This document shows, piece by piece, positions 10,495 through 18,728 of a stretch of 64,000 nt of DNA. The DNA comes from Candidatus Parcubacteria bacterium (GTDB taxonomy: Bacteria; Patescibacteriota; Patescibacteriia; Patescibacteriales; UBA12075): the NCBI GenBank assembly GCA_963814275.1, contig CAWFCE010000001.1, positions 67,307 through 131,306 of the forward strand. The letters run 5' to 3'. The notes under the pieces are model-generated. The model made no database searches. It saw only the letters and a list, made by a program, of their open reading frames with translations, and was not told the origin of the DNA. Numbering within the stretch: position 1 is the stretch's first letter; every line of letters begins with the position of its first letter. Made by a program: the position numbers and the translations under genes.

Positions 10495-10546
10495 TATTAG
10501 ATATTTAATATTGATTGAAAATTGGATTATTGGATTATTGAAAATT
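10495..10546. repeat. Right arm of the inverted repeat flanking the four-helix-bundle gene
   Basis: The sequence ...attgattgaaaattggattattggattattgaaaatt is the reverse complement of the left arm apart from a small indel. Confidence 0.75.
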
Positions 10547-10611
10547 ATAAATCCGGTTTGCTTTTACCCAATCATTTTAGTATAATAATTATACATTTAA
10601 CCCGCAATCCC

Positions 10612-11562
10612 ATGTTTAATAAGGCTATCCATTTTATCCAATACAATAACCTGACACTGCTTATATTAGCGGTTATTTTGGTGGCTGGGACCGGCGCGTT
10701 CGCCGCTACCGATGCCGGGCAGGCCGTGATCGGCGGCAAGACCGTCAGTACCCAGGGAACCGACAATACCCTGCTCCTGGATACCGACCTGGACAATTTC
10801 GATATGGACTTCAAGATCGAGCGGGTCGAGCAGGATGACAGCTATTACTACATCGCCTATACCTATCTCGACCTGGACAAAAGAAGCGCTGCCTGGGAAT
10901 ACCAGCTCAAGGAAAACGTGCGCAAAGTCTCCCGAAAATCGAAAGTGGACCTGGGCCAGTATCTGGCGGCGGAATTGAAGGAAGAATACGAAGCCCGGAT
11001 CAAGGACCTGAAGGCCGAGCAGGCGCGGGCGGCAGAGAGCGGCGCCGCCACGCGCGTGGAAGTGACCGCATACTCCGGCCTGATCGGCGCCACCCTTGAC
11101 CTGGCCGGCCGAGTCTTTCCCGGCTATGAGCCGGTCCAGGTACGGACCCTTCCCTCGCCCAGCGTACCGCCATCAATGCTGGCGGCAGACCGCCCGGCAA
11201 GCGCGGGGCAGGCAGACAATCTGACCGATATTTATCAGGAATATGTCGCGGCCAACGACCCGGACGGTGATGATGCTTTCGGTATGCTGGATAATTGCCC
11301 GAATGATTACAATCCGCTTCAGGAAGACCGTGATGGCGACGGCATCGGCGACGCCTGCGACCAATATTTCACCTTAACGCCGGAGCCGGATGATCCGACC
11401 GCAACCGGAACGGACGTAACGGCGAGCAGTTCGGATGTGATCGCGACCACCACTCCCGATATCGCAACCGGGACTCCGGAGACCGCAACCGATACAGAGC
11501 CCGATGTGATAGTAGTCGATATCGATGAGGAAGAACGGAACTACGACGAACTGAATTTTTAA
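10612..11562 (+). CDS. Membrane-anchored secreted protein with a thrombospondin type-3-like Ca-binding repeat
   Basis: The ATG at 10612 gives the N-terminal anchor MFNKAIHFIQYNNLTLLILAVILVAGTGAFA; the track ORF start at 10522 lies inside the repeat arm. DPDGDDAFGMLDNCPNDYNPLQEDRDGDGIGDACD fits the TSP3 pattern. The tail is acidic and Thr-rich. Confidence 0.65.
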   Translation: MFNKAIHFIQYNNLTLLILAVILVAGTGAFAATDAGQAVIGGKTVSTQGTDNTLLLDTDLDNFDMDFKIERVEQDDSYYYIAYTYLDLDKRSAAWEYQLKENVRKVSRKSKVDLGQYLAAELKEEYEARIKDLKAEQARAAESGAATRVEVTAYSGLIGATLDLAGRVFPGYEPVQVRTLPSPSVPPSMLAADRPASAGQADNLTDIYQEYVAANDPDGDDAFGMLDNCPNDYNPLQEDRDGDGIGDACDQYFTLTPEPDDPTATGTDVTASSSDVIATTTPDIATGTPETATDTEPDVIVVDIDEEERNYDELNF

Positions 11563-11574
11563 ATAAATATCTCT

Positions 11575-11751
11575 AAATTTTAATTTTTTAATTTTTGAAT
11601 TTTATAAATAATTTCTTAATTTTTAATGTTTTAAACGGTCCCAATTCTCCTTGTTTAGAAATTAAGATTTAGAATTTATTTAAAAATTTAAAAATTACAA
11701 AATTAAAAATTATCTACGATTAATTTACAAAATTAAAAATTTAAAAATTAA
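11575..11751. repeat. AT-rich imperfect palindromic element, copy 1
   Basis: The arm ...ataaataatttcttaatttttaatgttttaaac pairs with gtttagaaattaagatttagaatttatttaaaaatttaaaaattacaaaattaaaaatt. It is homologous to 12503-12648. Confidence 0.7.
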
Positions 11752-11808
11752 GACAGCTTGCAAGTTTATAAGACCGTTTTTTAGAGTAAATATATTATTG
11801 ATTAAGCT

Positions 11809-12501
11809 ATGTCCAACAATTTCCAACAAACCGTCAATCTGAAAGAGCAGATGGAACGGGCGAAGCGGCCGGCCGAACCCGCGCCGAAGCCGGAACCCAA
11901 GCCGGAACCGATAGTCAAACCAACCCCGAAACCGGTGCCGAAGCCGGTCATCAAGGAAAGGCCGGTGATGAAGAAGAAGCCGTTGTCCCGGGCATCGTCG
12001 ATCGATGAAGTCTACCGCGATGAAGACAGGGAAGAAGAGAAGCGCAAGCGCGAATTCCAGACGATTGAACGCGCCAAAGAAAGCAATAATCCGGCCGGCA
12101 TATATAAGATCGCGACCATCATCCTGGCCCTGGCCCTGGTTGCGGCTTTTGCCTATTATTTCCTTTTCTCTTCCCGCAGTGAAACGCCAGCCCCACCGGC
12201 CGGCGGCGAAGCGGCTTGGTATAAGATCGAATTGACCAACGGCGAATCGTATTACGGCCAGGTGGTCGATACCACCGCCGACCCGATCGAGATCAAAAAC
12301 GTCTATTACGACTATGACCAGGCCAATAATACGGACGGCCAGCCGGAAGACAAGGGCGCGAACCTGAGGATCGTCAAAATGGGCAAAGAAACCTACGGCC
12401 CGAGCGGCACGATGCTGGTACCCCGGGCGCAGATCCTTAAATTCGACGTATTGGCGGATAATAGCAAAGTGTTGAAGGCGATATTGGATTATGAGAAATA
12501 G
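11809..12501 (+). CDS. Hypothetical bitopic membrane protein with a Pro/Lys-rich N-terminus
   Basis: 230 aa. It has a PKPEPKPEP low-complexity region, one hydrophobic helix (IYKIATIILALALVAAFAYYFLF) and a C-terminal globular part. I recognised no family. Confidence 0.55.
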   Translation: MSNNFQQTVNLKEQMERAKRPAEPAPKPEPKPEPIVKPTPKPVPKPVIKERPVMKKKPLSRASSIDEVYRDEDREEEKRKREFQTIERAKESNNPAGIYKIATIILALALVAAFAYYFLFSSRSETPAPPAGGEAAWYKIELTNGESYYGQVVDTTADPIEIKNVYYDYDQANNTDGQPEDKGANLRIVKMGKETYGPSGTMLVPRAQILKFDVLADNSKVLKAILDYEK

Positions 12502-12502
12502 T

Positions 12503-12648
12503 AATTTTAATTTTTAAATTTTTAATTTTATAATTTTATAAATAAATCTAAATTTTTAATGTTTTAAACCATTCTGTTTTTATAGTCGGTTTAGAGATTA
12601 AGATTTAAAATTTATTTAAAAATTAAAAATTACAAAATTTAAAAATTG
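12503..12648. repeat. AT-rich imperfect palindromic element, copy 2
   Basis: It shares taatttttaatgttttaaac and gtttagagattaagatttaaaatttatttaaaaattaaaaattacaaaatttaaaaatt with copy 1. Confidence 0.7.
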
Positions 12649-12681
12649 TAATTATTGATTTATTACAAATTTTATATTATA

Positions 12682-15600
12682 ATGGATAATCTTCTCGAAA
12701 ACCTAAACCCCGAGCAGCTGAAGGCCGTTACCCATAAGGACGGCCCTTTGTTGATAGTGGCCGGGGCGGGAACCGGGAAGACCACCGTGATCGCCCAGCG
12801 CATCGCCTACCTGATCGAGCAGGGCCGGGCCAGGCCGGAAGAGATCCTGGCCCTGACCTTCACCGAAAAGGCCGCCGGCGAGATGGAAGAGCGCGTCGAC
12901 CGGCTCCTGCCGATGGGCTATCTCGACCTCTGGATCTCCACTTTCCACGGCTTCGGCGAGCGGATCATCGGCGCCCACGGCCTCGATATCGGCCTGCCCG
13001 CCGGCGCCCGGCTCCTGAACGAGTTCGAACAGTGGGCTCTCATACGCAAGAACCTGGACAAGTTCGAGCTGGACTATTACCGCCCCCTGGGCAATCCGAC
13101 CAAATTCATCGGCGCCCTGGTCAGGCATTTTTCACGGCTTAAAGATGAGGATATTTCGCCGGCCGATTATCTGGTATACGCGGAAGAATTGCGGCAGAAT
13201 TTAGACCAGATGCTTAGTGGAAGCAAGGGAAAAAGAATCAAGAAACAAGATTCGGACAAGAAGAAACAAGATACAAGAAACAAGATACAAGAAAATTCCA
13301 AATCCCAAACCTCAAATTCCAAACAAATTACAAATTTATCAAATGCCGACGGCGAAGCGACCAAAGAGATTTTAGAGCAAGAAATATTACGCATCAGTGA
13401 AGTCGCTAATGCCTATCATGTTTATCAGCAGCTGCTGCTCGATAATGACGCGATCGATTTCGGCGACTTGATCAATTATACGCTGAAGCTGTTCCGCGAA
13501 CGGGCGGCTATCCTGGACAACTATCGCCGGCAGTTCAAATACATCCTGGTGGATGAGTTCCAGGATACCAATTGGGCGCAATACGAACTGATCAAATTGC
13601 TCGCCGCGCCGCAGGACAACCTGGTCGTGGTCGGCGACGATGACCAGAGCGTGTACAAGTTCCGCGGCGCCAGCATCTCCAATATCATGCAGTTCAAAAA
13701 GGATTTTCCGCGGGCGAAAGATATTGTTTTGACCAAGAATTACCGCAACCGGCAGAATATCCTGGACTTAAGCTATGAATTCATCCAGCTTAATAACCCG
13801 AACCGGCTGGAGTTTACTTTGAATGAGCAAAAGACGCAAAAAAAAGCGGATCGCCAGATTTTAAGCAAGAAGCTTGAGGCACAAGTTGAGGGGGAAGGGA
13901 TGATCGAGGTGATCAGGGGGGAGGACAACCAGGATGAGATACGGCAGGTGGTGGAGAAAATCGCCGACCTGAAGATCAAAGACAAAAAAGCGAGCTGGAA
14001 TGACTTCGCTATTCTGGTCCGGGCCAACGACAGCGCCAAGGAGATCTGCTCTTTCCTCGACAGCGCCGGCCTGCCCTATATCTATCTGGCTTCGCGCGGG
14101 CTATACACCAAGCCGGTGATAATGGATGTGATCGCTTATTTGAAACTGCTCGATGATTACCACGAAAGTCCGGCCGTATTCCGCATCCTCAATATGCCGC
14201 TCTTCGGCTTCACTCCCCAGGACCTGGTCAATTTCAATTATTGGGCCAAGAAAAAGACCTGGTCGCTCTATGAAGTTTTGAAAAGCATAAGAGAGTTTAG
14301 ACTTGGGGAGGAACTGGTGGCCAAAGTGAGCCGGGTGCTCGACCTGGTCGCCAGGCATTCCGCCCTGGCGCGCGGCAAGAGCGCGACAGAAGTGGTGATC
14401 GCGTTTCTCGCGGACAGCGGCTATCTCAAGTACCTGGGCGGACTGGAAGAAAGGGCGGCACAGGAGCAGACCGGTTATCTGAATAAATTCATCAAAAGGG
14501 TCGCCGCTTTCGAATCGGCCAGCGACGATAAGAGCGTCAAAGCATTCCTGGCCGAGCTTAATTTCGAGATCGAGGCCGGCGAACAAGGGTCGATCAGCCC
14601 CGATCCGGACAGCGGTCCGGAGGCGATCAAGGTGATGACCGTCCATGCCGCCAAGGGGCTCGAATTCGCATACGTGTTCCTGGCCGGCCTGGTCGACAAG
14701 CGCTTCCCGACGATCGAACGCAAAGAAGCGATCGAAATTCCGGACGCCTTGGTCAAAGAGATATTGCCCGCCGGGGACATCCATCTGGAAGAAGAGCGCC
14801 GGCTCTTCTACGTAGCCATGACGCGCGCCAAAAAAGGCTTATTCCTGTCCTGGGCGCCAGATTACGGCGGAATGCGCAAGAAGAAACCGTCCCGCTTCCT
14901 CGTAGAATCAGGATTGCAGATGGATGATTCCGGGGGCTACAAACAGGTCAGCTTGTTCCCGCTCTCCGATTCCCGCTCTCCGCTCTCCGAAAACGTTAAA
15001 GGCGCGCAGAAACCGGAATACAAACTTCCCAGTTTTTTTTCTTACACCCAATTGGCCGCTTTCCGCAATTGTCCGTACCAGTACCGCTTCGCCCATATCC
15101 TCAAGATCCCCCGTTACGGCCGGGCCAGCCTGAGCTACGGACAGACCATGCACCTGACATTGCAAAGGCTTTTCCAGCTTATTATGGAAAGAAAGAGCTT
15201 CGAGCAGGGCAGCTTGCTGGGGGCTTACGCCAAAAGCGCCAAACAACCTTCCGGCACGGCTCGGGGCGGGCGCCAAGACGCGCCAAAAGATAAAGACGGT
15301 AATAGCGGCGCTAATGGCCCGGAAGCCATAATATCGTTAGAGGAGGTTTTGAAGATTTACGAAGAAGCGTGGATCGATAGCTGGTATGAGACCAAGAAGC
15401 AGAAGGAAGAGTACCGGCAATTGGGCAAGAAAAGCCTGCAGGCTTTTTACGCTAAATACTCGGAAAATTGGCCGGTCACGGTTTCGCTCGAGCAAGGGCT
15501 TAATCTCAAGCTGGGCGGTTACCGGATCTTCGGCAAGATCGACCGGATCGATGACCTGGGCGAAGACGGCATCCGGATCGTCGATTACAAAACGGGCAAC

Positions 15601-15897
15601 CCCAAGAGCGAAGGCAAGATCACGCTTGAGGACAAGGAGCAATTGATGATCTACCAGATGGCCGCCCGGCAGGCCATGAACCGCCCTATTGCCGATCTCC
15701 AGTTCTATTACCTGAACGATAACAGCGAGATCAATTTTGTCGGCAGCGACCGGGACCTGACGGCGATGGAAAAGAAGATCATCAAGAATATCGAAGCGAT
15801 CGAAGCGGCTTTCACGGACGGCGTTTTCCCGCCCAAGCCGGGACCATTGTGCCGCTATTGCGACTTTTTCGATATTTGTGAATATAGGCAGGGATGA
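12682..15897 (+). CDS. UvrD/PcrA/AddA-type superfamily-1 helicase fused to a C-terminal PD-(D/E)XK (Cas4/AddB-like, 4-Cys) nuclease domain
   Basis: Walker A is AGAGTGKT. Helicase motifs DEFQDT, VGDDDQSVYKFRGA, TVHAAKGLEF and YVAMTRAK are present. The nuclease part shows GKIDRID...IVDYKTG and QLMIYQMA, plus Cys residues FRNCPY and CRYCDFFDIC (C-x2-C-x5-C). The ORF is open from 12655, but the ATG at 12682 (MDNLLENLNPEQ) is the more likely start. Confidence 0.85.
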   Translation: MDNLLENLNPEQLKAVTHKDGPLLIVAGAGTGKTTVIAQRIAYLIEQGRARPEEILALTFTEKAAGEMEERVDRLLPMGYLDLWISTFHGFGERIIGAHGLDIGLPAGARLLNEFEQWALIRKNLDKFELDYYRPLGNPTKFIGALVRHFSRLKDEDISPADYLVYAEELRQNLDQMLSGSKGKRIKKQDSDKKKQDTRNKIQENSKSQTSNSKQITNLSNADGEATKEILEQEILRISEVANAYHVYQQLLLDNDAIDFGDLINYTLKLFRERAAILDNYRRQFKYILVDEFQDTNWAQYELIKLLAAPQDNLVVVGDDDQSVYKFRGASISNIMQFKKDFPRAKDIVLTKNYRNRQNILDLSYEFIQLNNPNRLEFTLNEQKTQKKADRQILSKKLEAQVEGEGMIEVIRGEDNQDEIRQVVEKIADLKIKDKKASWNDFAILVRANDSAKEICSFLDSAGLPYIYLASRGLYTKPVIMDVIAYLKLLDDYHESPAVFRILNMPLFGFTPQDLVNFNYWAKKKTWSLYEVLKSIREFRLGEELVAKVSRVLDLVARHSALARGKSATEVVIAFLADSGYLKYLGGLEERAAQEQTGYLNKFIKRVAAFESASDDKSVKAFLAELNFEIEAGEQGSISPDPDSGPEAIKVMTVHAAKGLEFAYVFLAGLVDKRFPTIERKEAIEIPDALVKEILPAGDIHLEEERRLFYVAMTRAKKGLFLSWAPDYGGMRKKKPSRFLVESGLQMDDSGGYKQVSLFPLSDSRSPLSENVKGAQKPEYKLPSFFSYTQLAAFRNCPYQYRFAHILKIPRYGRASLSYGQTMHLTLQRLFQLIMERKSFEQGSLLGAYAKSAKQPSGTARGGRQDAPKDKDGNSGANGPEAIISLEEVLKIYEEAWIDSWYETKKQKEEYRQLGKKSLQAFYAKYSENWPVTVSLEQGLNLKLGGYRIFGKIDRIDDLGEDGIRIVDYKTGNPKSEGKITLEDKEQLMIYQMAARQAMNRPIADLQFYYLNDNSEINFVGSDRDLTAMEKKIIKNIEAIEAAFTDGVFPPKPGPLCRYCDFFDICEYRQG

Positions 15898-16201
15898 GAT
15901 TTGTCCCTCCGCTTCGCTTCAGGACGAAATTTGCGCCTGCGGCGCGAGATTCGGTCGCACGCTCCCTGAAATTTGTTCGCTAACGCCCGCGAGACTAAAG
16001 TCTCCATCAGTCTCGTCAGCCGCAGGCTGGCAAATCTCACGAGTCCGCCAGTGGCGGACGAGTATAATTTCGCTTCGAGCGATAGCGAGAAGCAAGTTTC
16101 TTCATCGTAATTATTAATAATTTGAATATTAATCGAACCGGTTAAAAAGTCTTTGACTTATAAAAAAAATACTGTTAAACTAACATTAGATAAAATAATT
16201 C

Positions 16202-16624
16202 ATGACACTGCGTTCTTACATCATAATCATGACCGTTTTGACCCTGGTTTGCTGGGGGGCATGGATTTTTATATTGTTTACCATCGACCCGCAAGTGACC
16301 AGCCTGGTCGGCTTGCTGCTCTTTTACTCCTCGCTGTTCCTGTCCCTGGTCGGAACCAGCGCCCTGATCGGCTTCCTGGTCCGTTTCGTCGCCATCCGGC
16401 AGGAGCTGGTCTGGCGCCATGTCAAAGAAGCCTTCCGCCAGTCGTTCCTTTTCGCCCTGCTTGTTGTCATCAGCCTGGTACTCTTGTCCAAAGGCCTTTT
16501 TACCTGGCTTAATCTCGTTATACTGGTGGTAGTACTGTCGATCTTGGAATTCTTTATGCTGGGAACGGAATTCAAGAGCCAAAGAGCAAAGGTCAAGAAT
16601 CAGGATAATAGAGATAATAGTTGA
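16202..16624 (+). CDS. Small polytopic membrane protein (hypothetical)
   Basis: 140 aa with about four hydrophobic helices. I preferred it over the overlapping Pro/Arg-rich ORF at 16153. Confidence 0.55.
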   Translation: MTLRSYIIIMTVLTLVCWGAWIFILFTIDPQVTSLVGLLLFYSSLFLSLVGTSALIGFLVRFVAIRQELVWRHVKEAFRQSFLFALLVVISLVLLSKGLFTWLNLVILVVVLSILEFFMLGTEFKSQRAKVKNQDNRDNS

Positions 16625-16627
16625 ATT

Positions 16628-16729
16628 AGTATTAAGTATCGAGTATTAAGTATTAAGTATTTATTTTTTCAGGGTAGGATATAAAGTATAATACTTAATA
16701 CTTAATACTTAATACATAATACTCGATAC
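16628..16729. repeat. Short-period AT-rich hairpin of the GTATTAAGTAT family
   Basis: The arm agtattaagtatcgagtattaagtattaagtat pairs with atacttaatacttaatacttaatacataatactcgatac. The same word family occurs at 39941-40015. Confidence 0.7.
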
Positions 16730-16736
16730 ATTATAT

Positions 16737-17789
16737 ATGAAAGATGAAATATTAAAATTAAAAAATAAGATTTTGAAAGAAATAATCGGCGTGGATGGCC
16801 TGAAATCGCTTGAGGAGCTGCAGACCAAATACCTGGGACGCAAGGGCGAATTGGCCGGGATGATGAAGCAACTTACCAGCCTGGAAGAAGGGAAAAAACG
16901 GGAAATCGGCCAGATCCTGAATGAAGCCAAAAAGGAGCTGATGGAAAAATTCAGGGCGGCCCGGGATAAATTTACCGCCGGCCCGGGACAGGAGTTCGTT
17001 GATGTTACTTTGCCGGGGACCAAGCCGCCTGCCGGCCACCTTCATCCGATCACCCAGATCCAGAACGAACTGGAAGACCTGTTCCGTTCGATGGGTTTCA
17101 TGATATTGGACGGCTCCGAATTGGAAAGCGAATACTATAATTTCGAGGCGCTCAATGTGCCCTATTGGCACCCGGCGCGCGATATGCAGGATACCTTTTA
17201 CGCGGAAGACATACCGGACCCTGCTACCACGAAAAACAGCAAAGATAAAAAAGGCAAAGGCCTGGTGATGCGGACGCAAACCTCGCCGGTCCAAGTGCGG
17301 GCGATGCAGAAATACGGCGTCCCCCTGCGCTGTGTCGTGCCGGGCCGGGTTTTCCGCAACGAAGCGACCGACGCGGTGCATGAAACCACTTTCTATCAGC
17401 TGGAAGGCTTGATGGTCGGTGAGGGAATATCATTGGCCAATCTGATATCAGTAATGAAAGAAATGCTTAATGGGATATTCGACCAAGAAGTAAAGATCCG
17501 CATCCGCCCCGGTTATTTTCCGTTCGTCGAACCCGGTTTGGAAGTGGATATGGCCTGCACCCAATGCGGCGGCGCCGGCTGTCCGGCCTGCAAGCATTCC
17601 GGCTGGCTGGAGATGATCGGCTCGGGCATGGTCCATCCCAATGTCCTCCGGGCGGGCGGTGTCGATCCGGAAAAATACTCCGGCTTTGCCTTCGGCCTGG
17701 GAGTGACCCGCTTGGCGATGATGCGGTACGGCATCGATGATATCAGATTGTTCAATAGTGGAGATATGAGGTTTTTGGAACAATTTTGA
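16737..17789 (+). CDS. pheS: Phenylalanine--tRNA ligase alpha subunit
   Basis: 350 aa. The C-terminal class II core is FPFVEPGLEVDM...GWLEMIGSGMVHPNVL...GFAFGLGVTRLAMMRYGIDDIRLF. Confidence 0.95.
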   Translation: MKDEILKLKNKILKEIIGVDGLKSLEELQTKYLGRKGELAGMMKQLTSLEEGKKREIGQILNEAKKELMEKFRAARDKFTAGPGQEFVDVTLPGTKPPAGHLHPITQIQNELEDLFRSMGFMILDGSELESEYYNFEALNVPYWHPARDMQDTFYAEDIPDPATTKNSKDKKGKGLVMRTQTSPVQVRAMQKYGVPLRCVVPGRVFRNEATDAVHETTFYQLEGLMVGEGISLANLISVMKEMLNGIFDQEVKIRIRPGYFPFVEPGLEVDMACTQCGGAGCPACKHSGWLEMIGSGMVHPNVLRAGGVDPEKYSGFAFGLGVTRLAMMRYGIDDIRLFNSGDMRFLEQF

Positions 17790-18075
17790 TAAATTCTACC
17801 GAACTTCAGTTCGGGTTCGCCGTATGATCCGGCGGACTAAAGTCCGCCAAACCCCGGTTAAAACCGGGTAGAAGATTAATTCTACCGAACTTCAGTTCGG
17901 GTTCGCCGTATGATCCGGCGGACTAAAGTCCGCCAAACCCCGGTTAAAACCGGGTAGAAGATTAATTCTACCGAACTTCAGTTCGGGTTCGCCGTATGAT
18001 CCGGCGGACTAAAGTCCGCCAAACCCCGGTTAAAACCGGGTAGAAGATTAATTCTACCGAACTTCAGTTCGGGTT
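17788..18075 (+). repeat. Tandem array (3 full copies plus 24 nt) of an 86-nt multi-hairpin REP/BIME-like unit
   Basis: Units start at 17794, 17880, 17966 and 18052. Each contains the hairpins CCGAAC-TTCA-GTTCGG, GGCGGAC-TAAA-GTCCGCC and CCCGGTT-AA-AACCGGG. A GGTAGAA/TTCTACC inverted repeat spans each unit junction. Confidence 0.9.
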
Positions 18076-18687
18076 TATAAAAGGAGGAAATGTTTAATGA
18101 CAACAAAAGCCAATTAACATGGCCGGATGATACAGTATATTTTCTTACAGATTCCGCGTATTTGCACTATCCATATTTTCGGACAGATGAACAAAAGCAA
18201 ATCGTTCTGGATCAATTCAAAAAATTACAATCGGAAATGAATGTATCGATAATGGCCTATAGCATCGCCATAAACCATTATCATATAATGTTCTATTTGC
18301 CTAAGGGCAAGAGAATGGATAATATAAAAAAATCGTTAAGGGGAGGGATATCATTCTTGTATAAGAAAAGATTTTCAGTTACGTATCCGGAAATGCGGCA
18401 AAGCAGAAAAATTTATAGGGTATGGGATGAAGATGCCAGTATAAAAATAAAAGGATATATTATTGGAAATTTGCTAAAACATAAAGAAGTCGGAACATTT
18501 AATGACTTAAGAGAAAATAAATTTTCAAGCTATTGGTATTATGCGGATAAATATGGCGATAATGAGGCGAAGGAACTCGTTTATCAGGTTATCGATGCGG
18601 ATGAAGACAGCTGGGGAGAAGTAAATATTAATAAATTAAGGAATATTCAAGCTAAAAAAACATAACCCGAACTGAAGTTCGGTAGAA
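18052..18687 (+). mobile_element. RAYT-type unit: a Y1/HUH transposase-like gene bounded by perfect 24-nt inverted hairpin repeats
   Basis: TTCTACCGAACTTCAGTTCGGGTT at 18052-18075 is the exact reverse complement of 18664-18687. The right repeat overlaps the stop codon. Confidence 0.7.
18090..18665 (+). CDS. IS200-like / REP-associated tyrosine transposase (RAYT)-like HUH protein
   Basis: 191 aa. VYFLTDSAY is a YF.T-type N-terminus, NHYHIMFYLP is an HUH motif, IYRVWDED resembles W...F.D, and YIIGNLLKH resembles the catalytic-Tyr motif YIH.NPVKH. AAGGAGG sits just upstream of the start. Confidence 0.65.
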   Translation: MFNDNKSQLTWPDDTVYFLTDSAYLHYPYFRTDEQKQIVLDQFKKLQSEMNVSIMAYSIAINHYHIMFYLPKGKRMDNIKKSLRGGISFLYKKRFSVTYPEMRQSRKIYRVWDEDASIKIKGYIIGNLLKHKEVGTFNDLRENKFSSYWYYADKYGDNEAKELVYQVIDADEDSWGEVNINKLRNIQAKKT

Positions 18688-18728
18688 ATACTTAGAAATT
18701 ATTATTTAGAACTTAGGAATTATAAAAT

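Noticed and set aside
15878-16117. A 79-aa plus-strand ORF after the helicase gene, with a repeated EIC motif.
   Set aside because: The EIC periodicity only reflects the repeated GAAATTTG nucleotide word in a hairpin-rich spacer. The ORF overlaps the helicase stop and has no coding-like features.
17788-18075. The regular 86-nt array could be mistaken for a CRISPR array.
   Set aside because: The units abut directly with no unique spacers, each unit holds several hairpins, and no cas genes are nearby. The array shares its terminal hairpin with the flanks of the adjacent HUH transposase-like gene, which fits a REP/BIME-like array.
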